Source of the DNA: an uncultured bacterium
GTDB taxonomy: Bacteria > Fibrobacterota > Chitinivibrionia > Chitinivibrionales > JANQEN01
Assembly: GCA_965372145.1 (NCBI GenBank)
Contig: CBDVBE010000001.1
Location: forward strand, 1-55,106
Length of the DNA stretch: 55,106 nt
Reading direction: 5' to 3'
Of this stretch, positions 10,121-19,038 are shown one piece after another. How positions within the stretch are numbered: the first letter of the stretch is position 1; each line of letters opens with the position of its first letter. A program made the translations under genes and the position numbers. Under the pieces are notes generated by a model. It saw nothing but the letters and a program-made list of their open reading frames with translations, searched no databases and was not told the DNA's origin.

Positions 10121-11131
10121 ATGATAAAACAAAAATATCCGGGTGAATTCTTTGTTGATATTACAGGGTTCTGCAATTTACGATGCAAATTGTGTCCTGA
10201 AGGGAGAAAGGCCAATGACCAGCCGCAAAAAATAATGTCCTTCGAAGAATTTGCAACATTGTCGCAGTCATTTCTCTCTTTTGCGAAAAGCATTTGTCTA
10301 ATCAATTGGAGTGAGCCCTTTTTAAATAAAGACCTATATAAAATTATTGGACACATCAAGAAAAAGAATTCTGAAATTTCAGTTATTTTAAGCTCCAATG
10401 GGAATTACTTTAATAAGACGGATGCGGACAATCTGGTCAACCTGGGTGTTGATTCACTTACCATAACCATGAGTGGCATTACCCAAGAGATATATCAGAG
10501 ATATCATGAGAGGGGTAGTTTAGATAAGTTACTAAAAACTATTGAATATATTACATCCGCCAAGGAACGCTGTAGGAGCTTACTTCCCCGCATTGAAATT
10601 GTCTATCTGGTATTTCCTTTTAACTATATATCGTTACAAAAATTAAAAAAATTTCTTCTTGAAAAAGTTGGTAAAGACAGGTATTCGCAGATTAATACTA
10701 TTCGATTAAATTACGGTTATTTTTCCGGTACCGATTTATCCCTTGAACAAATTAGAGATATTTACGGGAATGATTTTCCGATCTATAATTATCCATTATA
10801 TGCCAGGCCCATGTGTAACAGGGCTCATAATAGTCCTACCATTCGTGCCGATGGGAAAGTGTTCCCTTGCTGTGCCATAACCTATAATACCAGGTATGCT
10901 TTGGGTGATCTTAAGGTGCATACCTTTGATGAGGTCTGGCATAGCAAGGCGTATCAACAATTCAGAGATACATTTGAGGATGGTACAAATCAGTTTTGTA
11001 ATCAATGTAAATGGTATTACCCCGATCATAAAATCAAAATGGATCGGTATATGGCAAATAGAATACTAGGAAAGTTATGGTTAATGAAAAACCTGCGATT
11101 TAGGAAGCTGGTACATGGTTGTGACGCGTAA
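10121..11131 (+). CDS. radical SAM protein with C-terminal SPASM-like Cys cluster
   Basis: The ORF track opens at TTG 10106. ATG 10121 follows GGAGA by 6 nt. CNLRCKLC (Cx3Cx2C) lies near the N-terminus. C-terminal cysteines are CNRAH...GKVFPCCAI...CNQC. Confidence 0.8.
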   Translation: MIKQKYPGEFFVDITGFCNLRCKLCPEGRKANDQPQKIMSFEEFATLSQSFLSFAKSICLINWSEPFLNKDLYKIIGHIKKKNSEISVILSSNGNYFNKTDADNLVNLGVDSLTITMSGITQEIYQRYHERGSLDKLLKTIEYITSAKERCRSLLPRIEIVYLVFPFNYISLQKLKKFLLEKVGKDRYSQINTIRLNYGYFSGTDLSLEQIRDIYGNDFPIYNYPLYARPMCNRAHNSPTIRADGKVFPCCAITYNTRYALGDLKVHTFDEVWHSKAYQQFRDTFEDGTNQFCNQCKWYYPDHKIKMDRYMANRILGKLWLMKNLRFRKLVHGCDA

Positions 11132-11160
11132 GCCGGTAACTGAAATAAAAAGAAATCTTT

Positions 11161-12102
11161 ATGGACACCTATACTAAAAAGACAAAAGAATGGCTTGATA
11201 AAAGGTTTCAAACCACTGATGAAAAAGGGGTGTATAAAAGCCATGCCGCTATATACGGTTTTTCGAAAGATTCCCTTGCACTGGGAATGTACAAAAACGA
11301 TTACACCATTCTAAGGGAAATAGAAAAAGTGTCTTCAGAATATACAATAGATAAATTTTTAGAAGTCGGGTGTGCTGAGGGGTATACGTCACACTTGATA
11401 AAAGAAATATTCGGTTTTGATGTCAAGGTCTGTGATTTGAGTTCTGAAGCGGTAAAGAGAGCAAAAGAGATTTATGGTTTCCGGGGTTTTGCGGCAGATG
11501 TCCAGGCACTGAGAAATATTGAAAATGACAGTTTTGACCTGGTTCTATGTTCAGAAACAATTGAGCACGTTCCTGATCCTGAGAAGGCATTTAATGAGTT
11601 AAAAAGGGTTGCTAAAAAAGTGTTGATTATTACTGTTCCTGCGGCTAAAAATCAAGAAGAAAAGGAGCGTTATGTTCCTCCGGAAGGCCCACATACCCAT
11701 TTGAATATTTTTACAAAGACGGAGCTTGAAAGGTTTGCCGGGGGAGGAAAAGTCAGAGGGATATCATCAAATGGCCTCTTTAAAATTGAGAGTTTGTTTA
11801 CAAATAATAGAAACTTGTTTTCCGGTAAATCAAAAATAGTACAGGGAATATATTCAGTAATCAGACAGCTGTTTTTGCCGGTGAGAAAATGTTATGGGGT
11901 GAATATGGCAAAGATGTTTATACGATTGGATTATTGGTTATGCAGCCTGTTACCGGGTAATGTTTTCACCTATATGGCGATAGTAAAAAAAACGGTTCCA
12001 GAGGGAACCGGTAAAAAGAAGATACATAAAAATATTTTAAAGTATATGCTCAAGGAGGGTAAGGTTGATCCTTATTTCCTGCATGATAACATACCTATAT
12101 AA
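11161..12102 (+). CDS. class I SAM-dependent methyltransferase
   Basis: 313-aa ORF. Motif I FLEVGCAEGYTS, then DLSSEAV and LVLCSETIEHVPDP. Confidence 0.8.
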   Translation: MDTYTKKTKEWLDKRFQTTDEKGVYKSHAAIYGFSKDSLALGMYKNDYTILREIEKVSSEYTIDKFLEVGCAEGYTSHLIKEIFGFDVKVCDLSSEAVKRAKEIYGFRGFAADVQALRNIENDSFDLVLCSETIEHVPDPEKAFNELKRVAKKVLIITVPAAKNQEEKERYVPPEGPHTHLNIFTKTELERFAGGGKVRGISSNGLFKIESLFTNNRNLFSGKSKIVQGIYSVIRQLFLPVRKCYGVNMAKMFIRLDYWLCSLLPGNVFTYMAIVKKTVPEGTGKKKIHKNILKYMLKEGKVDPYFLHDNIPI

Positions 12103-12176
12103 GGAGCAGTATCATTATACCTAAAAAAATAGAGGTCGCACTGGGTATTTTTGCGAAGAAGGCTCTGACAGGTCCG

Positions 12177-13226
12177 ATGGAGGTTTCGGTTGATCTCACA
12201 AGGAAATGCACCCTGGATTGCCTGATGTGCTGGTGGCGCAGTCCGTTAATAAGTGAGCAGCCGGCAAAAGAGTGGCAGAACCAGGAGATGGACTTTGCCT
12301 TATTTGAAGAATTGATAAAAGATTTCAGAAAACTTAGGGTAAAAAGGGTTATTCTGGGTGGTCAGGGTGATCCCATGTTATATCCAAAGCTCTTCGAAGC
12401 TATGGAATTGGCCAAAAGAGCAGGCATTGAAGTGGCTTTAATTACGAGTGGCTTTTATCTTACCGAGAAGAAAGTACGTACACTTTATGACCTGCAGATA
12501 GATCATCTTGATGTGAGCCTTCAGGCAGCAACGTCTGAAACTTATCAGAAACTGCATCCCGGACAAAAGGAAGATTCTTTTGAACGAATAAAAAGCCGGA
12601 TTATGCAACTTTCTCATCTTAAAAAGGAGCATCAAAGGAATGTGCCGTGGATTCACATTATAAATATCGTCTGCTCATATAATTATAATGAGTGCGTAAA
12701 AATCATCGAATTCGCATCAGAAGTCGGAGCGAATTCAGTAGGATTTAAACGGGTGGATGTGGTCCCGCAAACGCAGGAGTTACTTTTGAATGAGGAACAG
12801 TTAAAAGAGGTGGAAAGGCTGTTGGATGAAGCGGAGAGAAAGGCAGACGAATTGGGAGTTGTAACGGGTATCAAGAGATTTAAGAAAATTATCCTGCCTG
12901 GTCTTACCACCGGGAGATACACAACAGATTTTTATGAACAAATTCCCTGTTATGTGGGCTGGAATTCATCACGTATCCTGGAAACCGGCGAGGTCATCCC
13001 CTGTTGCGGCTGTTATGATATAATTCTTGGAAATATTAAGCAGAATTCATTCAGAGATATCTGGTATTCAGACGCCTACAGGAAATTTCGTAAACAGTCA
13101 TTCAGTTTAGATAAAAAAGCAGTCCTTAAAGAGGGGTGCAAGTGTTTTTCCTGTGTTGATCATGGCACCAATCTGGGGATATATCGTAAGCTTCACCCAT
13201 TCAAAGCAAAAAGGCTGGGAGTATGA
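12177..13226 (+). CDS. radical SAM protein with C-terminal SPASM-like Cys cluster
   Basis: 349-aa ORF. CTLDCLMC (Cx3Cx2C), GGQGDPMLYP and C-terminal CYVGW...GEVIPCCGC...CKCFSC. The true start may lie upstream (see finding at 12101). Confidence 0.8.
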   Translation: MEVSVDLTRKCTLDCLMCWWRSPLISEQPAKEWQNQEMDFALFEELIKDFRKLRVKRVILGGQGDPMLYPKLFEAMELAKRAGIEVALITSGFYLTEKKVRTLYDLQIDHLDVSLQAATSETYQKLHPGQKEDSFERIKSRIMQLSHLKKEHQRNVPWIHIINIVCSYNYNECVKIIEFASEVGANSVGFKRVDVVPQTQELLLNEEQLKEVERLLDEAERKADELGVVTGIKRFKKIILPGLTTGRYTTDFYEQIPCYVGWNSSRILETGEVIPCCGCYDIILGNIKQNSFRDIWYSDAYRKFRKQSFSLDKKAVLKEGCKCFSCVDHGTNLGIYRKLHPFKAKRLGV

Positions 13227-13987
13227 GTACAATCTCTGTCGTTATTGCCACAAAAAATGAAGAGCACAATATTAAAACATGCCTTGAACATGTTACCTGG
13301 GCAGATGAGATCGTTATTGTGGATGACATGAGTACTGATAGAACGGTTGAAATATGTAAGGAATACACCTCGAAGATTTTTCTGAACGACAGTAAAGGCA
13401 GCTTCCATACAAATAAGAATCTGGGCTTGGAAAAAGCAACGGGAGACTGGATAGTAAGTCTTGATGCAGACGAAATAATCCAGCTCGAATTAACACAGGA
13501 AATTAAAGAGGTAATTGCGCATACCGATAAAATAGGGTTCTATATACCGCGAAAGAATTATTTCCTCGGCAGATGGATCAATAGGTGTGGCTGGTGGCCG
13601 GACAATATTATACGGTTATTTAGAAAAGGGGTTACCCGGTGGCCCCTGGAAATTCATGACACGCCAAAAATTATGGAGAAGAATAAGGTCGGCACTTTGA
13701 AACATGCACTCATTCACCATACCTACCGCGATCTAAACCACTATTTCAGTAAATTTAATCAGTATACCTCCCGGCTTGCTGAGGAAGAGTTCGAAAAGGG
13801 AGTACGAGTTACGGTTGTAAGTTTTTTCATGTACTTTTTTGTCAAACCGTTATACTGGTTTCTTCGTAAATACTTGTTGTTGCGGGGATTCCTCAATGGG
13901 TTCCCGGGATTGTTTATCTCCTTCTCTTCTGCGTGGGTGATCATTGCGATGTATACGAAATTATGGGAGAAGCAGAAGAATTCATGA
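13223..13987 (+). CDS. family 2 glycosyltransferase
   Basis: 254-aa ORF. ISVVIATKNEEHNI, IVIVDDMSTDRT and SLDADE motifs. ATGA start/stop overlap with the upstream gene. Confidence 0.85.
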   Translation: MSTISVVIATKNEEHNIKTCLEHVTWADEIVIVDDMSTDRTVEICKEYTSKIFLNDSKGSFHTNKNLGLEKATGDWIVSLDADEIIQLELTQEIKEVIAHTDKIGFYIPRKNYFLGRWINRCGWWPDNIIRLFRKGVTRWPLEIHDTPKIMEKNKVGTLKHALIHHTYRDLNHYFSKFNQYTSRLAEEEFEKGVRVTVVSFFMYFFVKPLYWFLRKYLLLRGFLNGFPGLFISFSSAWVIIAMYTKLWEKQKNS

Positions 13988-15102
13988 ATACTCCAATCAC
14001 CATTCTCTATCTTGCGAATTCCGGTGATATTATAGGTGGCGGACAAATAAGTCTGTTAAGTCTTTTAAAAGGACTTAATCGCGACAGATTTAATCCAGTT
14101 ATTGTTTGTCCTGCAGAAGGCGGGTTGTCTGAAGCATTGAAACGAATGAACGTGGAAACATACATCATAAAAATGGGAACATTGCGTAAACTGGATATTT
14201 TTTCATGGATACAGTCCATATATAAAATGGTTAAAATTATCAGGGAGAAAAGTGTACACATTATTCACAGCAATGGTTCCCGTGCTACTATTTATGGCGG
14301 TCTCGCAGCACGCTTAACAAGGACCCCTCTTATCTGGCATGTACGGATTGCGGACAGCGATAGACTGCTCGATACTTTGCTCGCAAAACTTTCTTCACAT
14401 ATCGTAGCTATTTCAGAAGCGGTTCAGAAACGTTTCTGCTGGATTGTAAATTCGACAAAAGATACAACGGTTATTTATAATGGAGTTGACACAAAGGAGT
14501 TCAATCCGGCAATAGATGGAAGCGGTATACGCGAGGAGTTTGGTATATCGCCTGAGACACCATTAATCGGTACTGTCGGACGGATGGATTGGTATAAGGG
14601 ACATGAGTACTTTATTCACGCCGCAGCGCAGGTGATAGAAAAGATACCGAATGCTCATTTTCTTATCGTTGGTGACGGTGAGAACCGTAAGTCACTTATA
14701 ACACTTGTTCAAAATCTACATCTCAGTAATCAAGTCTTTTTTGCAGGTAACCGTGATGATGTGCCGCAGATACTCGCCTGTTTAGACCTGTTTGTCCTTT
14801 CGTCTGTAAGCGAAGGTTTTGGCCGTGCCGCTGCTGAAGCCATGGCATGTGCAAAACCGGTTGTTGCTACAACTGCCGGAGGCCTTCCGGAGGTCGTTGA
14901 AAATGGAATCACGGGGAAGTTAGTGCATCCTCGAGATTCATCGGCATTGGCAGCTGCAATACTTGAAATGATTGGAGATCGAGAAAGGGCTCAAAGAATG
15001 GGTGTTGCAGGCCGTAGACGGGTAGAAACGTTATTTAGTATCGAACAAAATATTTCTCGCACTGAAAAACTTTACGAATCGATGCTAATCAAGTACAATT
15101 AA
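13984..15102 (+). CDS. family 4 (GT-B) glycosyltransferase
   Basis: The ORF track opens at 13933. ATG 13984 gives an ATGA overlap with the upstream stop and the N-terminus MNTPITILYLANSGD. EGFGRAAAEAMACAKPVVATTAGGLPEVV carries the E-x7-E motif. Confidence 0.85.
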   Translation: MNTPITILYLANSGDIIGGGQISLLSLLKGLNRDRFNPVIVCPAEGGLSEALKRMNVETYIIKMGTLRKLDIFSWIQSIYKMVKIIREKSVHIIHSNGSRATIYGGLAARLTRTPLIWHVRIADSDRLLDTLLAKLSSHIVAISEAVQKRFCWIVNSTKDTTVIYNGVDTKEFNPAIDGSGIREEFGISPETPLIGTVGRMDWYKGHEYFIHAAAQVIEKIPNAHFLIVGDGENRKSLITLVQNLHLSNQVFFAGNRDDVPQILACLDLFVLSSVSEGFGRAAAEAMACAKPVVATTAGGLPEVVENGITGKLVHPRDSSALAAAILEMIGDRERAQRMGVAGRRRVETLFSIEQNISRTEKLYESMLIKYN

Positions 15103-15107
15103 GGTAT

Positions 15108-16280
15108 ATGAATGCAAATAGAAAAAAGAGAATTCTTCATATACATGTCCTTCCTGTAATAACGGGCTCCGGGATTAACACTTTCCTGACAATGCAAGGC
15201 TTAAGACATAAGTATCATATTGAAATGGCCTGTGCTCCTGGTGGACCGCTGTATGATCTTACTGAGCAGAATGGTATTCCGGTTCTTCCGATTAAAAACT
15301 TTGTCAGTGAAGCTGCTCCGTTTAAAGATATTCATGCGCTTTGGCAGGTATACCGATTACTTCGTAAAGGGAACTATGATCTTATCCATACGCATAATTC
15401 CAAAGGTGGATTTATCGGTCGCCTGGCTGCAAAGCTTGCCGGCGGTATCCCTGTTATCCATGGTGTCCATGGATACGCCTTCCATAAAAATGAACCATGG
15501 CTGAGACGTGCGTTGTTTTTTCTGTTGGAGTATCTGGCACGTAATTGGAGTGTGCGGATAATCTGCATATCACAGCCGTTGGTTGACCTTTGGGTAAAAA
15601 AGAAACTGGCCCCTGTCGAAAAAATCCGGAAGATTTACAGCGGTATTGATGTACAAGAATTTAAGCAATTTGACAAACGAGAGGTTATACGACAGGAATT
15701 GGGATTGCAGCCGGATGCTATTGCTATCGGACAGGTATCTAAATTGTGGGAAGGGAAAGGCCATATCGATATCATTGCGGCTTGTCCGGATATTGTCAAG
15801 GCATTACCCGGTGCAAAGGTATTCTTCATTGGGGATGGCCCCATTCGGAATAAATTGGTAAATATAGTGTTGAAAAAAGGGCTTCAAGATAGGATAATTT
15901 TTTTAGGACACCGGGATGATGTCGCGGAGATCACCTCTGCATTGGATATTGCCATTTTAGCTTCTTACTATGAAGGCATGGGACGGGTGATTCTGGAAGC
16001 AATGGCTGCGGGATTGCCGGTCGTAGCGACGCGGGTCGGAGGGATTGTCGATCTGGTTGTTGAGCAGGAGACCGGATTGTTGGTTGATCCATATAGTCCG
16101 CAGCAGATAGCCGATGCAGTTATCCGCCTGGCGAAAGATCCTGCACTTCGTAAAATCATGGGGTTGCAGGGGAAAAAACGGGTAGACAATCGGTTTAGTG
16201 CGGCAACTATGGTGGCACAGATAGATCAGGTATATCAGGAGGTTCTTACAGAAAATGAAGAAAGCAGCAAAAATCACTAA
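15108..16280 (+). CDS. family 4 (GT-B) glycosyltransferase
   Basis: 390-aa ORF. HTHNSKGG and EGMGRVILEAMAAGLPVVATRVGGIVDLV motifs. Confidence 0.85.
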   Translation: MNANRKKRILHIHVLPVITGSGINTFLTMQGLRHKYHIEMACAPGGPLYDLTEQNGIPVLPIKNFVSEAAPFKDIHALWQVYRLLRKGNYDLIHTHNSKGGFIGRLAAKLAGGIPVIHGVHGYAFHKNEPWLRRALFFLLEYLARNWSVRIICISQPLVDLWVKKKLAPVEKIRKIYSGIDVQEFKQFDKREVIRQELGLQPDAIAIGQVSKLWEGKGHIDIIAACPDIVKALPGAKVFFIGDGPIRNKLVNIVLKKGLQDRIIFLGHRDDVAEITSALDIAILASYYEGMGRVILEAMAAGLPVVATRVGGIVDLVVEQETGLLVDPYSPQQIADAVIRLAKDPALRKIMGLQGKKRVDNRFSAATMVAQIDQVYQEVLTENEESSKNH

Positions 16281-17457
16281 ATTCCAGCGGATACTTTTTC
16301 TCACAGGCCTTATTATTTCTTCTATTGCCTTCTTTAAATTTCCTATTGCGGAGTCGGAAAAAGTATTTGGATTTTATCTCTTCCTTTTCAGTTTTTTCCT
16401 CTGCCTGAATTTTACGCAGGTATTCCAAAAAGTTGCAAAAACTTTTAATATCTACGACCACCCGAACGAAAGAAAATTTCATAGCCATCCAACACCCTTA
16501 CTCGGCGGGATGGCAATCTTTTTCTCATTTACATTGACAATAGTACTTTTTGAACGGCACATTGATAATACCATGATACTGTACTGGATTCTTGGTATGA
16601 GTTTCATTATCCTGATAATGGGGGCCATTGACGACTATAAGGAGCTTTCTGCGAAGATCCGTTTATTGGTTCAATTTTGTGCTGCGGGTATTGTAATATA
16701 TCATGGTGTCCGTGTATCTTTTCTGCCTAATAATGTTGTTGGTGACACCTTTGAAATTATCCTCTCATTACTCTGGATTGTCGGTATTACCAATGCGATT
16801 AATTTTATTGATGGCATGGATGGCCTGGCAACCGGCTATATAATTATTACTGCATCGTTGCTGGGAATTGTGGCATATCAGTTGGTGATGCCTGAATATC
16901 TCTTTGTTTTACTGGCCCTCGTCGGCGCGTGTTGCGGATTCTTTCCATTCAATTTCCGATGGCACAGGAGAGCAATGATTTTTCTCGGTGACTCGGGTGC
17001 TACGTTCCTGGGATTTTTCATGGGATGCCTGACACTGTTAGGTAAGTGGGGCTCACGGAATGATGTCTATCATTCAACCAATGAAGTCGGGGTTATAATT
17101 CCGTTACTCATTCTGGGTGTTGCGGTTTTTGACACCATTTTTACCTATGCCATGCGTTTAAGGGAAGGGAATATTACAAAACTTGATCACCTTCTGACCT
17201 ATGCCGGCAAGGATCATTTTCATCATTGCCTGCATGATATAGGCCTGCCGGAAAAAGCCATTGTCGTGGTAATCTTTATGATCACCCTTTGCCTTGGCCT
17301 CGGTTCGATTGCCTTACGCAACGCCCGTAAAATTGATGCCGTCATTTTATTACTACAGGCGATAATTGTTTTTGCCCTGATTGGTGCATTCATGGCGTTT
17401 GTAAAGAAAACACATATTACTCCTAACAATGGAAATAATAGTGATAAGTTGGATTAA
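16255..17457 (+). CDS. polyprenyl-phosphate HexNAc-1-phosphate transferase (MraY/WecA family), likely initiating transferase
   Basis: 400-aa ORF with about 10 TM segments. GAIDDYKEL and NAINFIDGMDGLATG signature motifs. Confidence 0.85.
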   Translation: MKKAAKITKFQRILFLTGLIISSIAFFKFPIAESEKVFGFYLFLFSFFLCLNFTQVFQKVAKTFNIYDHPNERKFHSHPTPLLGGMAIFFSFTLTIVLFERHIDNTMILYWILGMSFIILIMGAIDDYKELSAKIRLLVQFCAAGIVIYHGVRVSFLPNNVVGDTFEIILSLLWIVGITNAINFIDGMDGLATGYIIITASLLGIVAYQLVMPEYLFVLLALVGACCGFFPFNFRWHRRAMIFLGDSGATFLGFFMGCLTLLGKWGSRNDVYHSTNEVGVIIPLLILGVAVFDTIFTYAMRLREGNITKLDHLLTYAGKDHFHHCLHDIGLPEKAIVVVIFMITLCLGLGSIALRNARKIDAVILLLQAIIVFALIGAFMAFVKKTHITPNNGNNSDKLD

Positions 17458-17506
17458 CAGGTATGGATATTCTGGCATATCAAGTTTATGCTTGCATTCA
17501 TAACTA

Positions 17507-17783
17507 AAATTAAATGTAAGCGTTCACAGAACGCTGAAATTGGAAATTTGGTATTCATACTTTTATAATTAGTTTCTGTTAAATATTGACAGATGACCGT
17601 CATTCCCGCATGCTTTTGGCGGGAATCCATGCCCTTAAACACTTAAAAATCTTGATTCCGGCCAAAAGCATGCGGGAATGACATTCAAAACAAGCTATAT
17701 TTAACAGATAATAATTATTATAAACATCCAATTTCTAATTTCCAATTTCAAGCCGCGAACGTCTACAATTAAATTTGTATATT
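17507..17783. repeat. long imperfect palindrome with a nested-hairpin core
   Basis: Perfect 22-bp inverted repeat GTCATTCCCGCATGCTTTTGGC (17599-17620) / GCCAAAAGCATGCGGGAATGAC (17661-17682). Each arm is itself a hairpin (ATTCCCGC...GCGGGAAT). Outer imperfect arms share ATATTTAACAGA, AATTTCCAATTTC and GAACG words out to about 17507 and 17783. Confidence 0.8.
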
Positions 17784-17970
17784 GAACGGTGAAGAGGTGA
17801 AACATCAATATGTAGTGGTGTGAGAATGGATAAGAAATATTAGTCTTGCATTTAACCGGGTTTTATTAAATAATTTAAATATATTTGTCGATAATAAAGT
17901 ATTAGAGGGATTGTTTTCTTCCAGGACGAGTAAGTAACTGGGAATCCGGGCAAAAGGGTAGGAAAGACAA

Positions 17971-19011
17971 ATGCAACCGCAAAAAACACTCAGTGAGTTC
18001 AAACATTATCTCGAATCATTACCGATTTTTGTGATTCTTGATACGCAGTATGCAAAAAGTAAGGATTCGGCAATTGCATCTCATAAAACCGTTGAGGCAC
18101 AGTACGCAGAACTGGTGAATAAACTGGAAGAGCTATTGCATGATAAATTACAGAATAACACACGTGATTCGGTTCGGGAGCTTCCCTTTACAACACTCTT
18201 TTCACTTGCTGATATGGTTATTTACAGTATCGTAAAATCGGGTGTTATTTTCCAACAGGTAATGAATCCTGATTATCTCTCAAATTATCTTTCCTGTCAC
18301 TCATTAAATGTAGCATTTATCAGTTGTAAGATCGGCATGGGTATGCGTTTTTCATATGAGCAGCTTGGTCAACTGGGTGTTGCAGCACTGCTGCATGACA
18401 TCGGTATGACCCAGCTCCACCCCAGTATTTATGAACATCAGGATGGCCTTTCTGCAGAAAAACGCAGAGCTATTGAGAGTCACTCATTGCTGGGTTATCA
18501 GTTTTTTGAGAAAGTGAGAGATGATTTCCCATGGCTGATGAGAGTCATTCTCGAGACACATAAACGTGAAAATAATAACGGGTATCCTGATATGGTGAAG
18601 GATGATCTGCATCTTTATTCAAAGATTATCGGAGTGGCGGATACGTTTGAGGCATTGACCCACAAAAGGTCATTCAGGAATGCTTATCATCCGGCTGATG
18701 CCATTAAAACGATTATTGACGGTAAGAAAGATTTTTTTGCTACTGATATACTTCGCGCGACAATCGAATCAATCGCGATATATCCGGTAGGAAGCCTGGT
18801 CCAGCTTAATAATAAAAACATTGCTCTGGTAATCGATACTATTGAAGGCTCTCCGATGAGGCCTTTGGTAAAAATTGTCAGTGAGGATGATCTGAACGAA
18901 ACAACAGAGCAGAAAATTATTAACTTATCAGAGGAAAATAATATCTATATTACCGGTCTGGTTTACAGCACACAATATTTAACGCCGGAAAAAATAAAGA
19001 AATTGCGGTAA
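17971..19011 (+). CDS. HD-GYP domain protein (putative cyclic-di-GMP phosphodiesterase)
   Basis: 346-aa ORF. LLHDIGM, HSLLGYQF, HKRENNNGYPD and VADTFEALTHKRSFR motifs of HD-GYP. Confidence 0.8.
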   Translation: MQPQKTLSEFKHYLESLPIFVILDTQYAKSKDSAIASHKTVEAQYAELVNKLEELLHDKLQNNTRDSVRELPFTTLFSLADMVIYSIVKSGVIFQQVMNPDYLSNYLSCHSLNVAFISCKIGMGMRFSYEQLGQLGVAALLHDIGMTQLHPSIYEHQDGLSAEKRRAIESHSLLGYQFFEKVRDDFPWLMRVILETHKRENNNGYPDMVKDDLHLYSKIIGVADTFEALTHKRSFRNAYHPADAIKTIIDGKKDFFATDILRATIESIAIYPVGSLVQLNNKNIALVIDTIEGSPMRPLVKIVSEDDLNETTEQKIINLSEENNIYITGLVYSTQYLTPEKIKKLR

Positions 19012-19038
19012 TTTCTATTTTGCTTCTTCACAGTTTTC

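Noticed and set aside
13933-13983. Upstream extension of the GT4 gene as given in the ORF track
   Set aside because: The extension overlaps the 3' end of the preceding GT2 gene by 55 nt. ATG 13984 gives the classic ATGA stop/start overlap and a normal GT4 N-terminus.
17454-17642. ORFs of 60-70 aa at 17454-17642, 24256-24468 and 49331-49513
   Set aside because: Each is generated by a palindromic or tandem repeat element (translations such as ...SRQKHAGMT..., ...NLTPCPSPIRGK..., ...IRNPQSAFHNQHSTIRNQ...). Reading through inverted repeats is a typical source of spurious ORFs.
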